Of a stretch of 64,000 bases of DNA, positions 39,101 to 50,645 are shown piece by piece. Positions within the stretch are counted from its first letter, which is position 1, and the number at the start of each line of letters is the position of its first letter. Position numbers and translations under genes: made by a program. The notes under the pieces are model-generated. The model searched no databases. It saw nothing but the letters and a program-made list of their open reading frames with translations, and was not told the origin of the DNA. The stretch is taken from positions 6,076,001-6,140,000 of the forward strand of contig CM119383.1 of assembly GCA_051294905.1 (NCBI GenBank). The letters are read 5' to 3'. This DNA is from Botryllus schlosseri (lineage: Eukaryota).

Positions 39101-40049
39101 AGAGAAGGAACGGCGAGTGAGTTGATGTGACCGAGTAGGCACTTGCTGCCAGATATAATAATGTATAATACAACAATTTGGTGAGTGGGGAAGGATTCGA
39201 TTTCATAGTCCCAATGTACATGTACAAGTGTACAGTTGCTCAGCTATAAGCAGATTGAGCTAGGGTCTTTTCACTTTGTGCTAACGTCACATTCGCACTG
39301 TGCATCTGAAGCTGCGCTGAAGTAGCCTATTAGGCAAGTTTTTCCTTGGGAGTCTGCATCTCTTGAGATTCGAATTGCGACTGCATTTGAGTTGATGGTA
39401 ACATGAGACTAAATTTCAAGTCTTCTGTATGTCACGTTTTTTTTGACTTCTACGATTATATTACACTTTTCGCTGAATCTTGAAGTGCGGTCTGGGTAGT
39501 GGTGTGCTTGCAAGAGAAACCTCTCGGCAATGGTCAGATTTCAACCCCCATTGGAACCCACTGCAATGAAATTAACCATTGCACTGTGTGCGACCTAGCT
39601 TCGAGTCTGCATGAAACTTTGGCGTCCATTATCAGTTATAATTGATGGATTGGACTGAAATAATAATGGCATTGATTCCTGAGTATTATTTCTCAGTACA
39701 ATCGGATCTGATTGAATATTACGACTCTGATTTTGCCATGTCATATTTCTCAGTACAATCGGATCTGATTGAATATTACGACTCTGATTTTGCCATGTCA
39801 CTTCAATCTAGCAAATTTAGAAGTACGGTCCCCGAGTGATCAAAAAACTTCAAAATTGTGACTCCAACTCTTTGGTCTGGAGAGTTGCAAGTTGACGGAC
39901 GTATGGCGCTAAGAAGCTGCTGTCATTTTTGTTGTAGAGATGGACCTGACAATGGTGATATGGACCCGGCTGATCTGGAATTCAGCGCTCACACACTATC
40001 TCACGAAGATCCAATCGGAATGGACTTTGATTTGAACAGTGTGTCGCAG
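33173..40049 (+). CDS. SMO: Smoothened (class F GPCR); first and last exons unresolved
   Basis: Phase-consistent exons about 33173-33353, 33427-33526, 33591-33699, 34239-34442, 35527-35699, 36243-36399, 36475-36599, 36691-36854, 37589-37803, 38849-38943, 39003-39116, 39938-40049. [32 protein letters not shown]; [18 protein letters not shown]; [10 protein letters not shown]; [15 protein letters not shown]; [26 protein letters not shown]; SKIIAKAF. Confidence 0.95.
37951..38515. mobile_element. hAT MITE with GACTCGAGTC arrays, in a SMO intron
   Basis: TIR CAGGGTTGTAA / CAGGATTGTAA; perfect TSD TATAGCAG (37943-37950 / 38516-38523). Confidence 0.92.
39687..39800 (+). repeat. Exact 57-bp tandem duplication in a SMO intron
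   Basis: TATTTCTCAGTACAATCGGATCTGATTGAATATTACGACTCTGATTTTGCCATGTCA at 39687-39743 and 39744-39800. Confidence 0.95.
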
Positions 40050-40842
40050 GTCAGTGTAGTTGTAGATACAAGACGAGAAACTCATTCGTATTTTTATTCT
40101 AAATCAAATTAAGCGGCAGCGATTCTGCCGTTTGCGTCTCAGTAGTCAACATCACAATGGATAACGAAATGATTGACATTCAATGGTAATACAAATGAAC
40201 CAAAATTATGCAAGCAATGCATCAAGAGTCTTACCATGGTGTAAATACTAGAAAAACGACTGCAAATGCAAAAATATTAAGTCCGGTATCATTAGGAAAC
40301 GCAATTTGCTCTCAAGATGTGGGTCTGTCATAAAACAATGTCTTAATATGAAAGTGGGCCACTGAGGCAGTTGTGCAAAGTCAAACGATCTATCTGTTAC
40401 TTGTTATATATTCAGCTTGAATGATAGGGCTGTCAGGTGTGTTAGGAAGGTTGCCATACTGCCTTACTCGTTTTGAAGGACAATGTCTTAAAATGCTACG
40501 CAGTCCTTATTTATAAGATGTCATGAAAAATGATGACGTTTTCATGACGTTGTTTTAATCAGCAGTTACTGAACCAGCGATATGGCTGTAATGACAGCTG
40601 GCCGAGAGTGATGACCCATTCATTAGCTATCAGCTTCCTGTCCTAAATTTTTGATCATCCATATGGATGCCAACCTCGCCTGTGAGGCAGTTATCAGCCT
40701 GCTTCGTTCGTTGCGTTCGATTATACTCCTTTAAAAGTCCCATAACTTCCTTTCAACTTGATTTCTGCCCGGGTGAATAGAAATGTTTTGATCGCAAGAA
40801 GTAGAGAGGTCTTGTCGAGTCAAGTTTCGAAAATCGATGTCC

Positions 40843-43800
40843 TTATTCGTCATTGCAAGCTACGACGTACCCATTTGCGTCTTCGGGGATCTCGATCTTG
40901 TTGTTATTAATCTTGTCCTCAGCCAGACTTTCTCTTGTCGTCGATATGTCGATTTCTTGCGTCCCGTGCAGATGTTTGAACGATCTAAGTTGATACGGCG
41001 TGCTGCCCGCGTCGTTTAAATGACTGGCAACCCGCGATGTGTTGGTATTTTCGACTATTTGCGGCGCGAGCGTGTCTACAGAAGCTACATCCGTCAGTGA
41101 GACCGTCGGTAAAATACCAGTGGAGTGAGGTCTTGGTTTCGGCGTCGGCCGTGATCTTTGTTCCTGTGTACTCGCGACTTCAGCAGTCCCATGCAACACT
41201 GCGCTGTGACGCGCTACAAGGCCGGTTCCCACGTTTACGTGATGCATCGGCGTCAAAGAATGCATGTATATTACTTCCCCGCTACCGCTTTGTACCATAG
41301 GCGCCATCATGGATATGTTCCCGTAAGGCACCAGCAGCGAGCCAGGCACGCAGTTGATGAAAGGTATTTGTGCGGCATATAGAGTGTTCATAGAAAAATT
41401 TCCAGGCGATACAGGTGCTGATTTTGGTGGGGCCTGTGGGATCTGTGTGTTTTGAAAGTTCGGCTGTGGTGTTCTGGGTGGGGTTGTGGACGGAGGTCGT
41501 ATCTGTTGTATGAAGTCTAGCGCGGGCGAGTGGTCTTCGTGTTCTGTGTCCGGTCTTTCCGAAAGCTCATACCTGTGTGGTATATCGAGCTGAGGCATCG
41601 ACCTGCGCGGCGGTTTCGGAGGAGCTTTTTTCCGCGGTGTATCTTGTGTGCCAACGAAACAACTTCTTCTACGTCTCATTACATCATACGGTGAATTATT
41701 AGCAGTTCTCTCTCTTTGAGATGCGCTTCTGCTCACTTGAGAAGCTCCGGCTGGCTTTAAATTCGGTACTTCTGAAGTCGGCAGTCTCATGTCCTCGTAT
41801 ACGTGATGCGAGTTTTGATTCTGTTGCGCCGATGCCAGCTCGGAATTCACGTTGTTTTCGGCCTCTGGTGGGCGTATAGACGCAAGCAAGCCGTCTGTCG
41901 GCATCATGCTGCTTTTGAAGCCGTATTCCTCCATGCCTTCCATGAATCCGGTGTGTGACTCCAACGCCACCACTGATATCTCGCCTAGTTTGCGTCTTCT
42001 TTTTCGTTTTCCGCTACGTTTACTGCAAGCAAGATATATAATAACGATCAGTACCAGAAGAGATGCGGCCGTACCGAGTGCTATTACTAATATGTGGTAT
42101 TGCTCTTTTGTCAGTCCTGATTCATTGATGTCGCTTGTTGATGCTGTTGTGTTTTGGTGTGTTGCCTCTGTCGCGATCACACGGTCAAAGTTGGGAAGAA
42201 TTCGTGGTTTCACGGTTTGTACTTCAGCAGTTGTAATCTCCTTTGTCCTGGTCGATTGTTCTGCTTGCGTAGTCGAACAAATGCTGTCTTCCTGTAACTG
42301 GCAGGTCTTTTCTTGCGTCTTGATCCCGGGACATTCGTTGGCGTTGGCTGGTTCGCCATTATTTTGGTACACGCATTTACGTGTCCTTGTCTGGATTGCG
42401 GTCTTCTGAGCGCAGGTGGCGTTGCATTTGCTCCATGCGCTCCAATTTGTGATAGCTGCAGGTTTCTTTGTGGTGGTGGTGGTGGTAGTAGTAGATGTTG
42501 CGGTGGTTGGAGGTTCTTTAGTTGTCGTTGATCTGTATGTTGTCGTTTGCGTTGTTGTTGCTGCAGCTGTTTGAAAATACGTTACTGCAGGAGCGAAGTT
42601 GTAACATATCTGTGGGTGATTACCTGTAGTTATGCAGCTCTTTGGTTGACACCGCTCCAGTTTTGTGAATATGTATGGTTTCTGCGAGTTGTCGCAGTTG
42701 CCGCTCTCATATCCGTTCTTCATGCATGTCCGCGTGATAGACTGGGGAAATTGAATGTTATTACTCTCATATAATTCACTGCCTTGCTTCGAATTACACT
42801 TCATAGAAGATATCCGCTTTTTATGAAGGAGTAGTAAATTCCATTGATCTTTTTGGCATTTTCTACTTGGACTCGGACTTGCTTATTTGAAAACGACATA
42901 GTTGAATTGTTATGTGTAAAATTACCTTTTCAGTCGAACTATCACGAATAACTTCAAGTGGATATAGAAAATGACGAGTCGGAAAACCACCCAGATAAGT
43001 ACCTATAGTATGGAAAGTAGATTTGGTGATGGAGTCCCATACTTTTAGCATGTAATCGGAAGTGACTGATTTCGAAAAGGCAACATGTATCGTCGCTACT
43101 AGCGCAAAAGTAGCAACGACACTAGAAATAGGTAAAACAATCTTTGAAAATACATTCAGGTACCGTGAGTCCGTGACACATGAGCTATTTCTCACAATAC
43201 CGCAATTTCACTCATAATAGTGATGCAAACTTGTCACAAAACTACTTCCCGCTTTATCAAATCTAAATTGTAAAAAGTCAGCAGTTCTATCTGATACTGT
43301 TCAAGTAGAAGTGGATGTACGTAGTGCTAGTAGGCAAAACCCCACTGAAATACTCTGAGAAAGTGGAAGTACTTTGTAACTGACACCTCTGTGTCTCAGC
43401 CAGGGTTGTAACTGAGTCACAAGGTTCCGAGTCACAAGTCAAGTCATTTTCAATTCACCACCGAATCTAGTCCGAGTCAATAGTGTTAAGAATTGAGTCC
43501 GAGTCGTTATGTTCACAGTTTACTTTTGAGTTCACATGATTGTTAACCCACCTTTTTACAACTCTGCTTGCGATATATCGATTGCCTGGAATTATCAATA
43601 TACTAATTTTTTCAATGTCAACAGTCTCTCGCCTTATTTTTCTTTTACCAGCATTGATAGACGAGATACGAGTAATATGGTAACTTTACTGTTCTTCGAA
43701 GTTACAAGTAAATCCCTGTCTTGGCCATCCGAGACTCGAGTCATACGCAATGACTCGAGTGCAAGTCATATCCAACTCAACAAAAAGTCGAGTCTCGAGT

Positions 43801-46183
43801 TGAGTCATGACTCAAGTTGTTACAACCCTGGTCTCGGCAGCATTGTTCAGTAATATTTCAACTCACCCTCGATCGTACTGTCTCACAAGTGGCCCGGCAT
43901 GGCTCGTTGTTAGATGTCCAAGACGACCACGTGCCGTCGCATATGTCTTTCGGCATGCAGTATCTTGTCAGGACTCGTTTGCACGAAGGGTTTACCGCCA
44001 TGTTGCCGCAGGCTTCAATCATAGTCTGTGTGGTGTCGCCGCAGCCAGTTCCATCGCAGTTTGACCAATCCGTAGTTTCTGGGATCTGGGAGTAAATAAA
44101 ATCGATTGTTTTGTATTGTTGTAACGATACGCTGGACGAAATCCTTCCCGCTTTACCTGTGGTACAACACGCTATCATAAAACATCAACACGGTGCTGTT
44201 TTGAGGCAGTCTAATTATCTGCTATACTACTCATGTAGATATGGAAGGATGCAGCAGAATTGCCTCAAGTTGTAGTGTCTTTCGAGATAGGACAAAACTA
44301 CTCCAAATAGAACTAGAATAATATGAACATACTGAAAATTCCGAAATTACTGTAAATGTACTTTTGAGTCGTAGCGTATTAAATCTCTTGATGTATCCGC
44401 GATTTCGCATCCCATTCTTCATAGCTAACGCATAATGGCTGCAATTACTTCGAAGTGGTGTAATTTAGGAACCAAATCCGATAACCTTGACGCAGGGACT
44501 TCAATCCTAGTCACAATTTTACTTCTACAAACAGTGCAAATCCATCCCGCGCGAGACACATCCGCTTGGTAAGATTTGAATGAAATGTTGAAAGTATTTA
44601 ATGTTTCCACACTTGTAAAGTGAATTGGAGAATTAGTAGAAATAGAACCACTTAATAATGCAATCTTTTTTTTTGCTCATAATATGTACCACCACTTCTG
44701 ATGCTTCTCTAAATTTTATCCACTAGCTTGTCCTGCACCAGCACATTGGTTATCAGTGTCCGCATCATTAACCCAACTTTCATCAGCCTATTATCGTCAA
44801 ATAATTGGTTGTGTCTGTGACATGGGACTGCAGACTACATTATGACTTGTCCTACTAACCCAGCCACTGCTGCACGTATAGCAGTCTTGCATTTCTTCTT
44901 TCCATATCTTTGTACCGCATGCTATTCTTGCATTTGTTCTATTGGATGCGCACGAGTGCAGTCTCATTCTCATGCAGTCTTCATTTTTTTCGCAATCGAT
45001 CCAAGTCATCCAATCCCGGTCTTTGAGACTTCCTGCCTGCAAAGAGGGAAATATGCGGTTAAAACTGGTGGGCTGCTGCTGGATTTTCATTACGATCGCT
45101 CTTGGTTATATAATTGACGCTTCTTTAATATGAAATTTCCGACTCTAGCTAAATTAACATTTTCTCAGAAAGTACACTCAAATTAGAACTGTGGTGGTAG
45201 TAACTTTTTTGCAGATATGTCTATGAGCAGATCTCATTTGCTGGGCAGGGCGTTTCACTTGCTCAGTGAGACCGAGTGGGCTATACCATTTATTAAGATG
45301 ATTACACAAGGGGACCGAGTCCATTAATTTTCCTAGAGCTGAAATTTGATCAACGAAACACATCATTTGTTCAGGTTATTGCGTACTTCCTTATTGAGGA
45401 AGCACCTTCAAAATAAATATCTGTATAACATAACAATCAATGGATATGTGAGTATGCGACACTGGAGCGTCTGGGTTAATGGTAATTGGTAGGGATAGGG
45501 TTAAGATACTTTAGGGGTCAGCCTGGAGGATTCGGGTGATAATGTATCATGCTAGATGTGTGCCATACTCCAAAGTCAGATTACTCTTGAAAATATGTTG
45601 TGAGAGTTAGTGGAAGAGGCAATCGATTCTTAGTTGTGGAATCTAGGCCGACTGTGTCGCCTGTGTGAAAATCTAGACTGCATGCTTGTCGTAGTGAAGG
45701 TACTATGGGCACAAAATTACACTTTGTCCTATATCAGTAAAAGAGGTCTTCTCTTATTGCTGCCGGAATGGGAATGGAACCATTCGGGTACACGATTTTG
45801 TCCTGTAAGCCCAGAGTGGAAAGACAATGTTCCCTAACTTCCTACTTCCAACCAGGAGCCAGAATATCTGATACATAGAGCATAAAATTCAGATGGTAAT
45901 CAAGTTAGTGGAAGTATCATGACTACTACGTACAATGATTCATATTCAAAGTACAGGTCATTTTTTATATCCTGTCTGCTTTGTTTCCTCTATGATAGTG
46001 ATAGTTTCCGCTTGTGCACAGACCGGACCAGGATGTTTTGATTTGATTAGATTTGTTGGCACACGGGCTTACACTACTTACTGTTGGTATGAACTCTTCC
46101 TTCCCGGTCTGATTGGTTGATGCAAATACTCCAGAGACTATGCACATCAGACAAAAAGCATTCAGATTCCTAGTCATTGCCAT
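40843..46183 (-). CDS. Orphan type I membrane protein with TSP1 repeats, Thr-rich stalk, one TM and a long Tyr/Pro-motif tail
   Basis: Exons 46183-46082 (signal peptide MAMTRNLNAFCLMCIVSGVFA), 45036-44860, 44085-43867 (all phase 0) and a terminal exon of about 2 kb ending at 40843 (acceptor near 42800-42880 unresolved). TSP1 NWSAWSKCNATCAQKTAIQTRTRKC..ECPG..QEKTC, GTWSSWT..C; TM YHILVIALGTAASLLVLIVIIYLAC followed by KRSGKRKRRRK. Confidence 0.75.
43401..43830. mobile_element. hAT MITE, same family as 37951-38515
   Basis: Perfect 12-bp TIR CAGGGTTGTAAC; TSD GTCTCAGC / GTCTCGGC (7/8). Confidence 0.9.
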
Positions 46184-46740
46184 TTGTCTCGAAAGTGTCC
46201 ATCTATGTCACTTGGGATTTTTGAATAAGAGCATCCTAAAGCAGCCACCTAGCCTATTCCTTTATACAGCTTATGCGGAAATGGATATCTAAAAGTAAAT
46301 ATTACAAGTAAACGTCAGGTTTACTGTATCCCAGTTATTTGCTTGATAAAACACAGCTTGGTCCTGGTAGGCTGGTACCATGCTGAAACTTGAAATTTAG
46401 TTTCCAGAAAATATCTGGTGAAACCAAATAACGTGAATACTCCTGAGACTAGACACATCAAACAAAAGCATTTAGGCGCCTAGTCTATTCCATATGTCTC
46501 AAAAGACTCCATGTGTGTCTCTTGGAGTTTAGGAATATTAGCATCCTGAAGGAGCGCTGAGCCTACTCATTTGTACAGCCTACAGAAAATAGATGTTTGC
46601 AAGTAAATATTACAAGTAAACGATGCTTGGTCGTTTCCGAGCTTATGCTTGATGAAACATAGGCTGTACCTGCTACAATGCTAACAATCTAAATTAACTG
46701 AAGCTTTTCGTTAAGGATATATCTGGTGCTACCGTAAAAT
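46122..46740 (-). repeat. Diverged tandem duplication (about 315-bp period) of the receptor's upstream region and signal-peptide exon
   Basis: 46122-about 46435 aligns with about 46436-46740 (e.g. AAGTAAATATTACAAGTAAACG in both). The upstream copy reads ATG GAA TAG and carries a 1-nt deletion. Confidence 0.75.
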
Positions 46741-47654
46741 GGTCTCGTTTTTAAAATGAATACGTAAATAAACAGTCCAAATCCGTACTCAATTAACCTT
46801 GAACGTTAACTATGCTGCTCCGAGATTAACTCCGATGTGCTTATACTGCAACAAGATTTCTGTCTTTGAAAATTCCCTCTGACCTTCACTTTATGTGGCA
46901 ACTGGTATTATCGAGACTACTTTTTAGAACGGTAACTCTATCACATGCCGACGTCCTCCTCACATTCAACACCAACGTGCTAATTGGTCGTTGTTTGGAC
47001 CACTTCCTATCTACCGGCGTTTTGATTGCCACCAACTTTTTCATTGTTCTGTTGACAATGCAGCGCTCCCTTTCTCGCTACGAGAGTCTAAATTTGACAA
47101 TTACAGCTGCGGGAAGCTGACAGATTCATGAGTGATTAATCCGTGACTGTCATCATTCGGCAGGAAGTGCCCGTCATCTCTCGCTGTCTTTCGATTCGAT
47201 GATTGTGTCAGTGGGCTGGTATGACTTCATCTTACACGTGGCTGGTATCGGACTGGTCTCGTCTCTGCTTATCTCATGTAGCGTGCTCGGTGTCCTGTGC
47301 ATTGATTTCGGTGATTAGCTTCAAGGAAGCACGATTAGAATGTGTTTCCTGTAGAAGTATGTACAAGTAAACGTGCGGCATTGTTTGTCTTCCGATATAC
47401 TGTTTTCCTGCTAGTGCTATTTCTGTGACACGCTCCCTTGTTTACCGCGCTGCTCAATACTAAAAACAACGATCTAGGAGATTTTCTCACGGAGTATTGG
47501 ACAAAACGAATTGTCATCCACTGTCGAGCAGAGAGAGAAAATTCTTTTATTCGTCAACCATGAAATATAGTGTAGGCAATGTCCACAAACATTCATGTCC
47601 AATAGTATACATTTTTTAAATAACGCGAAACAATAACTTCATATTGTTAATTTA

Positions 47655-47694
47655 TTCGCTAAAAGCTTTTCGACTAACTCTCATCAGTAGCGAA
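47655..47694 (-). ncRNA. Minimal type I hammerhead ribozyme (family A)
   Basis: Reverse complement of the 58221-58260 motif. Confidence 0.85.
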
Positions 47695-47867
47695 CGTTAG
47701 TGATGGGGTGAATCAAATTCGAAATGTAAGAACTATTTTGTCTGTATGACGTAATAATAACAAAAACAAACAACTAGTAGACGGGCTAGATACGGTAGTA
47801 ACGGTACAAAACAAACGTTAACGAGTACATATTCGGTTATAAATAACCGAAAACACAACACATAACA

Positions 47868-50420
47868 TTAATGAAATATTCCAAGAGTGTAGAGGCGTTC
47901 CTTCTGGCGACAGAGAATCGGCTTTCGTAGCTTTATGATCGTAGATTCCAGGACCTTTAAATGAAACAGAGAACGGCCACGAGCAAGTATAGAAAATTGA
48001 CTGTCATTGTAATGATCAGCACATTCTGGATGGGATAAGAGATGCTGTCCAATAGCCGAATTACAAGCAGTAACTTGATCATAATCACGCAGTGTGTCAA
48101 CAGACTGCGATGAAGGAGTTGGAGAAACAATATTTATTCTAATTTGCCGTGGGACATGCTGGCGAATTCTTTGCTGCAAGCGCTGAGACGTGCGACCTAC
48201 ATACCGACTGTCACATCGGCACGTGTATTCATATATTATGTTGCTTTGATTTGTCGCAGGTAGCACATCCTTTTGCGTTGCAGGCATCAGAGATTTCGTC
48301 ATGAAGATTATCTGAGGTTCTACTTGTGAAAAACAATGGCTCACTGACGATTTAATTTGTTTTTCAAACCTGTTGGACACTTTCCCAATCCAAGGAAGAT
48401 GCAAATAAACAGGACATTTTCTAGGTCCAAACGGTTTAACTTTTCTGAAATCTTTGAGTTTACGATCTATGGTCATTTTAATGATATGATCAGGATAACC
48501 ATTTGACTGAAAGATTGACCGAATGTTCTCCAATTCAGAATCAAGTTTGACTTTACTACAAATCATCAGAGCCCTGTGTACCAGAGTTCTTATCAAATTT
48601 ACTTTACGTTTTACTGGACAGAAAGAATCCCACGAAATGTATTGCCCACTGAATGTAGGCTTACGGTAAACTGATGTAACAAAATTAGCACCCGTCTTTT
48701 CCACTACAACATCAAGGAATGCTAATGAATTATTGACCTCTTTTTCCATGGTGAATTTCAGTGATGGGTGAAGACCATTCAATTTGCTCAGAAACAAATC
48801 ACACTGGGATTCATTTTCAAATATGGCGAAGGTGTCATCAACATATCTTTGATACATTAATGGTCGATCAATATCTTCGAATAACCGTTTTTCGTAATAC
48901 CCCACAAAAATGTTAGCCAGAATGGGACCAAGCGGCGATCCCATTGCAACACCATCGATCTGTGTATATATGGTGTTATTGAAACTAAATTCGACATCAC
49001 AAGTGATCAATCGCATTAATTTAACAAAAGAAGACCTTGAGAATGGAGGAGATGGAAGGACACCACCATAGAGTTCATTGGCACAAATCTCTATAGTCTC
49101 TTGAACTGGCACGTTCGTGAATAAACTAGATATATCAAACGAACACATAGAGATTTCGGACTCATCGAGATCAACATTACGAATGGTATCAGCAAATGTG
49201 AACGAGTCACGAATGCAGTTACCACCATAGAACAAACTCACCGGCTCAAGATATCTCGCAATCCACTTCGCGACTTTGTGATACGCTGATCCAACCATCG
49301 ATAGTATCGGACGTAAGGGTACATTCGATTTATGGGTCTTCGGAAGACCATACATACGTGGTCGAATGGAGCCAGTGGGTCTGATGTCGTCGTATTCAGC
49401 AGAAGAGATTTTTCCCGCCTTCTTGAGGGTCAATAGTAGACGCTGAATACGAGCTTCTATCTTGGAGGTGTTGTCATTGTCACACGCAGGGCCAAGGATT
49501 TCGAATTTAGACTTGTCGCCAAGAATTAAATCCATTTTAGAAATGTAGTCACACTTATTCAAAATGACTACACCAGATCCTTTATCAGGTTTGGTTATGT
49601 GAATTGACTTATTGGATTTCAGGGATCTGATGCTCCTGTAGCAATCGGAAGTCATCGTGAAATCACTTCTGTCGATTGGAGTTCCACAAAAACCATGCGC
49701 TAAGCTACTTAGTTTGGCTTTAAGGGCCACAATTTTCTCACTGTGTTCCTTTGCTCTGCTTTCATCATCAAATTTCTGGTGATGATGTGACAATTGTCCA
49801 AGTAATACCTCAAATTCAGCAAAGACTTCCTCACGCTTGATTTCTGTCGGTGGCACAGAAAAATCCAGACCAAGAGATAGTACCAACTCTTCTGTGTCAC
49901 TCAGCTCATAGTCCGATAAGTTGGTAATAACCTTACTACCAGCAACTGCCTTGGTACCGTATCGTGTCTTGAGAAGCAAGCTGATGTTACGCTCATTCTG
50001 CCGTACCTTCTCATCCTCTTTACGTGCATCAATTTTGGCCATATAACGACAAAACCGTATCAGGTCAAAATAAGATAGAAACTGCACTGCCTGCTGCTTA
50101 AGCTTGGCACAACGTTGAGTTACGGTACTCATCTCTTTTACGCTGTTCTCGATCTCATCATGTAAAAATGCACTCTCAATCCTGGAGTTGATGCGAGCAC
50201 GCGATTTCTCTATCCTCGTCTTCAGAAACTTTGGTACAACTCTTTTCTTTATACAAGCCTTAAGAAAGGCTACATGATACCGTAGATTTCGAATTTTCCC
50301 CCGAGTTCTGACCAACTTATTCAGGATCTCCAATTGTTGGTCACTGTACCGTTTGCGAAAGTATTTAAACAAGTGATTTGTGGTACAGAACTTCAGAATA
50401 ACGCGAAACAATAACTTCAT
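47868..50420 (-). CDS. PLE reverse transcriptase + GIY-YIG endonuclease, full length 850 aa
   Basis: RT motifs YGLPKTHK, SFDISSLFTNVP, QIDGVAMGSPLGPILANIFV, YVDD, AFLDV; GIY-YIG NIIYEYTCRCDSRYVGRTSQRLQQRIRQH..HL..E. Confidence 0.97.
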   Translation of the reverse strand: MKLLFRVILKFCTTNHLFKYFRKRYSDQQLEILNKLVRTRGKIRNLRYHVAFLKACIKKRVVPKFLKTRIEKSRARINSRIESAFLHDEIENSVKEMSTVTQRCAKLKQQAVQFLSYFDLIRFCRYMAKIDARKEDEKVRQNERNISLLLKTRYGTKAVAGSKVITNLSDYELSDTEELVLSLGLDFSVPPTEIKREEVFAEFEVLLGQLSHHHQKFDDESRAKEHSEKIVALKAKLSSLAHGFCGTPIDRSDFTMTSDCYRSIRSLKSNKSIHITKPDKGSGVVILNKCDYISKMDLILGDKSKFEILGPACDNDNTSKIEARIQRLLLTLKKAGKISSAEYDDIRPTGSIRPRMYGLPKTHKSNVPLRPILSMVGSAYHKVAKWIARYLEPVSLFYGGNCIRDSFTFADTIRNVDLDESEISMCSFDISSLFTNVPVQETIEICANELYGGVLPSPPFSRSSFVKLMRLITCDVEFSFNNTIYTQIDGVAMGSPLGPILANIFVGYYEKRLFEDIDRPLMYQRYVDDTFAIFENESQCDLFLSKLNGLHPSLKFTMEKEVNNSLAFLDVVVEKTGANFVTSVYRKPTFSGQYISWDSFCPVKRKVNLIRTLVHRALMICSKVKLDSELENIRSIFQSNGYPDHIIKMTIDRKLKDFRKVKPFGPRKCPVYLHLPWIGKVSNRFEKQIKSSVSHCFSQVEPQIIFMTKSLMPATQKDVLPATNQSNIIYEYTCRCDSRYVGRTSQRLQQRIRQHVPRQIRINIVSPTPSSQSVDTLRDYDQVTACNSAIGQHLLSHPECADHYNDSQFSILARGRSLFHLKVLESTIIKLRKPILCRQKERLYTLGIFH

Positions 50421-50432
50421 ATTGTTAATTTA

Positions 50433-50472
50433 TTCGCTAAAAGCTTTTCGACTAACTCTCATCAGTAGCGAA
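50433..50472 (-). ncRNA. Minimal type I hammerhead ribozyme (family A)
   Basis: Same motif, one unit (2778 bp) away. Confidence 0.85.
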
Positions 50473-50645
50473 CGTTAGTGATGGGGTGAATCAAATTCGA
50501 AATGTAAGAACTATTTTGTCTGTATGACGTAATAATAACAAAAACAAACAACTAGTAGACGGGCTAGATACGGTAGTAACGGTACAAAACAAACGTTAAC
50601 GAGTACATATTCGGTTATAAATAACCGAAAACACAACACATAACA

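Noticed and set aside
42863-43195. 110-aa ORF with a hydrophobic segment as a separate gene
   Set aside because: Lies in the receptor's intron region, lacks clear splice or start context, and is out of frame with the terminal exon.
49709-49900. 63-aa ORF MTQKSWYY repeated five times in the ORF track
   Set aside because: An alternative frame inside the PLE ORF, repeated only because the unit is repeated; no motif.
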